Assembly (NCBI GenBank): GCA_002256025.1
Contig: NKIB01013845.1
Span: 1 to 50,629 of the forward strand
DNA from: Asterionella formosa
Taxonomy: Eukaryota
Length of the DNA: 50,629 nucleotides
Direction: 5' to 3'
Shown: positions 47,056 through 50,629 of the stretch, in pieces
Layout: the number at the start of each line of letters is the position of its first letter
Position numbering within the stretch: the first letter of the stretch is position 1
Notes under the pieces: model-generated
What the model was told of the DNA's origin: nothing
Database searches by the model: none
What the model saw: the letters and a program-made list of their open reading frames with translations, nothing else
Position numbers and translations under genes: made by a program

Positions 47056-48490
47056 TGGGCGCGCTCTGATATTAAAAAATTATTATATCATGTGTATTAT
47101 AACACAAATTGTTGTACCCATAACCCCAAAATTTGTGTTTGTGTTGACCAAATTTTTTACAGTTATAAATAACAGTGCATTATATAAGAAGATGTCTAGG
47201 CATGAATGACTACACATAATTTCCTGGAATATTTCAAGACTTGCTTGCTCATACCCGAAATGGCTTGCTCTTTCCAAAAAAATGATGTCGGTATTCATAT
47301 GCATATACACATCAATCATCCTGAAGGTATCATCAATTGTCTGCTTCCGTTTTATTGTGATCATGTCTTCTTCTTGCTCACAATCCACCTGCAATACAAT
47401 CTTAGTGGTTGCAGCCACTATTAATTCATGTGCAATGTCTGCACTGATTGATGATTATAAGGCGAAATGAAGAAACACAGCACATTATATCATTCTATTT
47501 ATTTGTTTGTTAGCTTTAATGTCACTACATTGTCAACACTGCCATAAACTAAAATAGATTTGCTGTGCTTGTAAATGAAGAGATTGTGTTCACCAGTACA
47601 GACCTTTGTTACTGTAGCATCCTTTGTACAATGGCGTCTGCAGCATGGAACATATTTTCCAGAAAAAACGCAGTCAACTGAATTTCTCCGCTGGTACCTC
47701 ATGATCGTCTCCATCTACAAGCTGCAATACATTTGGATTTACTGCCAATTTCTCTTGCAGCTGTTGAAATTGATTTTCAATGTCATCAAGACTGGATTGA
47801 TTTCACCTCCATCCCCATGGTCATTGACAAGATCTTGTCTTTGAAAGTTGGGAATAAGTTGGCGGGCTTGCTGCCAATCGCTCTTGCCTTTGCTGAAATT
47901 GATTTTTAATTTCATCGAAAACTTGATTGATTTCACCTCTATCGCTATGGGGATTGATAAGAACTTGTCTTTGAAAAGCGGGAACAGGTTGGGCTCAGTC
48001 CATAGTAGCATGGGCAAACAAACGATGCAAGTCCCTCTGACTGTCTTCATTTTGGAAAGAAAAGCAGCTCTTGGAGAGCAATACCTCGTTGTGAAAGTTC
48101 TGTTGGCCTGATTTGACGATCAAAGGCTTGCTTCTTGAGAAAATCTGAAATTTCATGTCTCTGTCTCATGTTTTAAGTTCACTCATGGCATCATCCTTGT
48201 CATCAGGAGTTGAGAAGAGGTAAGCCGACAAGCTGGTCAGTGACTAACACTAATGAAATTATGGAACTCATGTGGACATGGAACAAGAGGCCGCATAACA
48301 CGCAAGAGGATGCATCGCTAGTATGAAACATAACTGTTATAAATTAAAGTTAAATTAATAATGTCAGATGAGTAATCTAAAATATCTTTATTATCAGAGC
48401 GCAACGACGTTATTTTGTATCAAACGCCAAAATAATTTGTTTTATCATACACACATGATTTATTAATTTTTTAATATCAGAGCGCGCCCA
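47056..48490. mobile_element. Non-autonomous TIR DNA transposon (about 1.43 kb, ~60-bp TIRs), superfamily unresolved
   Basis: TGGGCGCGCTCTGATATTAAAAAATTA.TA.ATCATGTGT... is inverted at 48435-48490; internal ~110-bp tandem duplication at about 47739-47975; TSD ambiguous. Confidence 0.8.
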
Positions 48491-48671
48491 GTATAATTTT
48501 AAGGTTCTTGTGGCCCTCGGCTTAACCCTAGTTTGGAGAAAACGTCGCTAGGGTTGTAAAAACGGCATGGAACAGGGAGTTTCCTACTATGAATTCCCAT
48601 GATTCGAGTGTCCATTTGAATATTTGAATTAAATAGGAGTCGGCGCCAGATAGATAGAGTTCCATTTTCAA

Positions 48672-49035
48672 GAAACAAAAATGATTTTTAAATGTTTATG
48701 CTATATCTACGTTGCTGATTATAGACATAATTTTGCTCCACGCCAAAACACATATATACACCCCGGTATATCAGGAGTTTTCCTATATGTTTACTCATGA
48801 TATTTTTTATCCGTTCATATTGAATCTTAGTTGCTGTATGTAGATTTAATATTACTCTACCAGGTACTACCCCCAAAGGCATATTACTCTACACTCAAAG
48901 GCACATTCCGGTATATAAATCAGTACCGGAGTAACGGTGTACCAGGGTACCAGTACCGGTACTGGTAGTACATAATCTTGGTTTGTTCATATGATGATGG
49001 ATGACAGGATGAAACTACAGGTAGTACTGACACAA
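48672..49035 (+). repeat. Unclassified dispersed repeat, copy B
   Basis: Colinear with 37170-37490. Confidence 0.75.
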
Positions 49036-49036
49036 A

Positions 49037-49150
49037 GACAGGTCCTGTTGTACTGTATGGATGAATAAAACCAAAATATTTGTGTCCAAGGGTTAGTGCA
49101 ATTATTGGATAGCTTTAATGTACAATAAAATTCAATTAACATTTTAAATC
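49037..49150 (+). mobile_element. SINE-like element, 5'-truncated copy 4
   Basis: GACAGGTCCTGTTGTACTGTATGGATGAATAAAAC...AGTGCAATTATTGGATAGCTTTAATGTAC. Confidence 0.55.
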
Positions 49151-49365
49151 AATTTACCTATGTACAACTACTAACAAGCAATTTATGTATTATACAGATT
49201 GATCCTACCATTGCAATTGTAGTCTTGGCCATGATTATTGGAGGTATTGTTGTGATGATTTTGATGACAAATGTCATGCATCCTTTAGTATCAAATATAA
49301 AACCATGACGGTGGTAGATGTTCTTGCCAAATGAATAAAATGGGAACTCATGGCCATGTTTTTTG

Positions 49366-50629
49366 CTAATACAAACCATGAACAATTCTGCATAAAAGCA
49401 TCATTGCAACTATTCCAAGAATCATTGAAACTAAATCACTACCTTTGGCAATTGACACCTTGTTGTCCATATTACAATCCAAGTTGCTAAGTGCTTTACA
49501 ACCATTGTCTTGAACACCAGCATTCAAGGAATGATTCTTCATAGCAGACTGAATAGTTATTATACCACATACTGCAGCAATTGCCACCCTGAAGTAGTCA
49601 TTCACAGCCATGTTCCTAAGTGTGCCACAACCATAGTATTGCACATTAGCATTGGATGAATGAGTCTTCATAGCAGACAGAATTGTAGTACCGTTAATAC
49701 CTCCTGCTGCAACAATTGACACCTAGTTGTTGTCATTCACAGACAAGTTCCCAAGTGCTGCACAACCATAGTGTTGAACATTTGGATTGGAAGGATGCAT
49801 CTTCATAGCAGACAAAATTATAGTGATACCTCTTGTTGCAGTATTTGTCACCTGGTTGTTCTCACTCACAGCCAAGTTACCAAGTGCTAAACAACCATAG
49901 GAATGTACATTAGCTAGCATTGGAAGAATGTTTCTTCATAGCAGATAGAATTGTAGAGATACCTTCTGTTGCAGCAATTGCCACCTTGTTTTTGTCATTC
50001 ACAGCCAAGTTCCCAAGTGCTCCACAACCATAGGATTGGACATTAGCATTGGATGAATGAATCACCATAGCAGAAAGAATCCTAGTGATACCTCCTGCTT
50101 CTGAAAATGCCACCTGGTTCCTGTCATTTACAGCCAACTTTCCAAGTGCTAAACAGCCATAGTGCTGCCCATAGCATTGGATGAATGATTCTTCATAGCA
50201 TACAGAATTTAAGTGATACATTCTGCTTAGGCAATTGCAACCCTGTTGTTGTCATTCCCAGCCAAGTTTCCAAGTGCTCCACAACCATAGTGTTGAATAA
50301 TAGCAATGGATGGATGCTTCTTCTGTCAGACAAAATCGTAGTGATACCTTGTTCTGCAGCAATTGCCACCTTCTTGTTGTCATTCATAGCCAAGTTCCAA
50401 AGTGCTCCACAACCATATTCTTGCATGATAGCATTGGATGAATGATTCTTCATAGCAGACAGAATTATAGTGATACCTTCTGCTGCCGCAATTGCCACCT
50501 TGTTGTTCTCATTCACAGCCAAGTTCCTAAGTGCTCCACAACCAAAGTGTGTTGAACATCTGCATTGGATGAATGATTCTTCATAGCAGACAAAATCAAA
50601 GTGATAGCTTCAGCATCAGCAATTGTCAC
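49366..50629 (-). pseudogene. Armadillo-repeat protein, disrupted, 5' end outside window
   Basis: About 9-10 tandem ~129-bp (43-aa) units VAIAAAxGITxILSAMKxHSSNAxVQxYGCGALGNLAVN; several frameshifts and an in-frame stop. Confidence 0.85.

Overview
Eukaryotic nuclear DNA, most likely a diatom (inferred from short GT-AG introns and the gene and transposon repertoire). Host genes: PH-domain protein (partial), SCO1 head-to-head with RPS3, an ankyrin/LRR-like protein, a GT23/FUT8-like fucosyltransferase, RPL26, two tandem CAMK-like pseudokinases (HRD>HRN), a 2OG-Fe(II) oxygenase-TPR protein, and a secreted Pro/Thr-stalked vanadium-haloperoxidase-like enzyme with a non-canonical PAMH motif. Mobile DNA: a full-length but disabled Ty3/gypsy element (194/195-bp LTRs, CCAGG TSD, no tRNA PBS, possibly self-priming), a decayed Tc1/mariner-like element with nested and dispersed derivatives, a Harbinger/Tourist MITE with TAA TSD, a 1.4-kb TIR element, and a four-copy tRNA-headed SINE-like family. 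Pseudogenes include an ARM-repeat array and a 2OG-dioxygenase. The most unusual signal is a pervasive TACC(W)GGTA/GGTACC palindrome that differs between copies of the same repeat and is the exact centre of the gypsy insertion site. All calls come from reading the sequence by eye; no searches were run.
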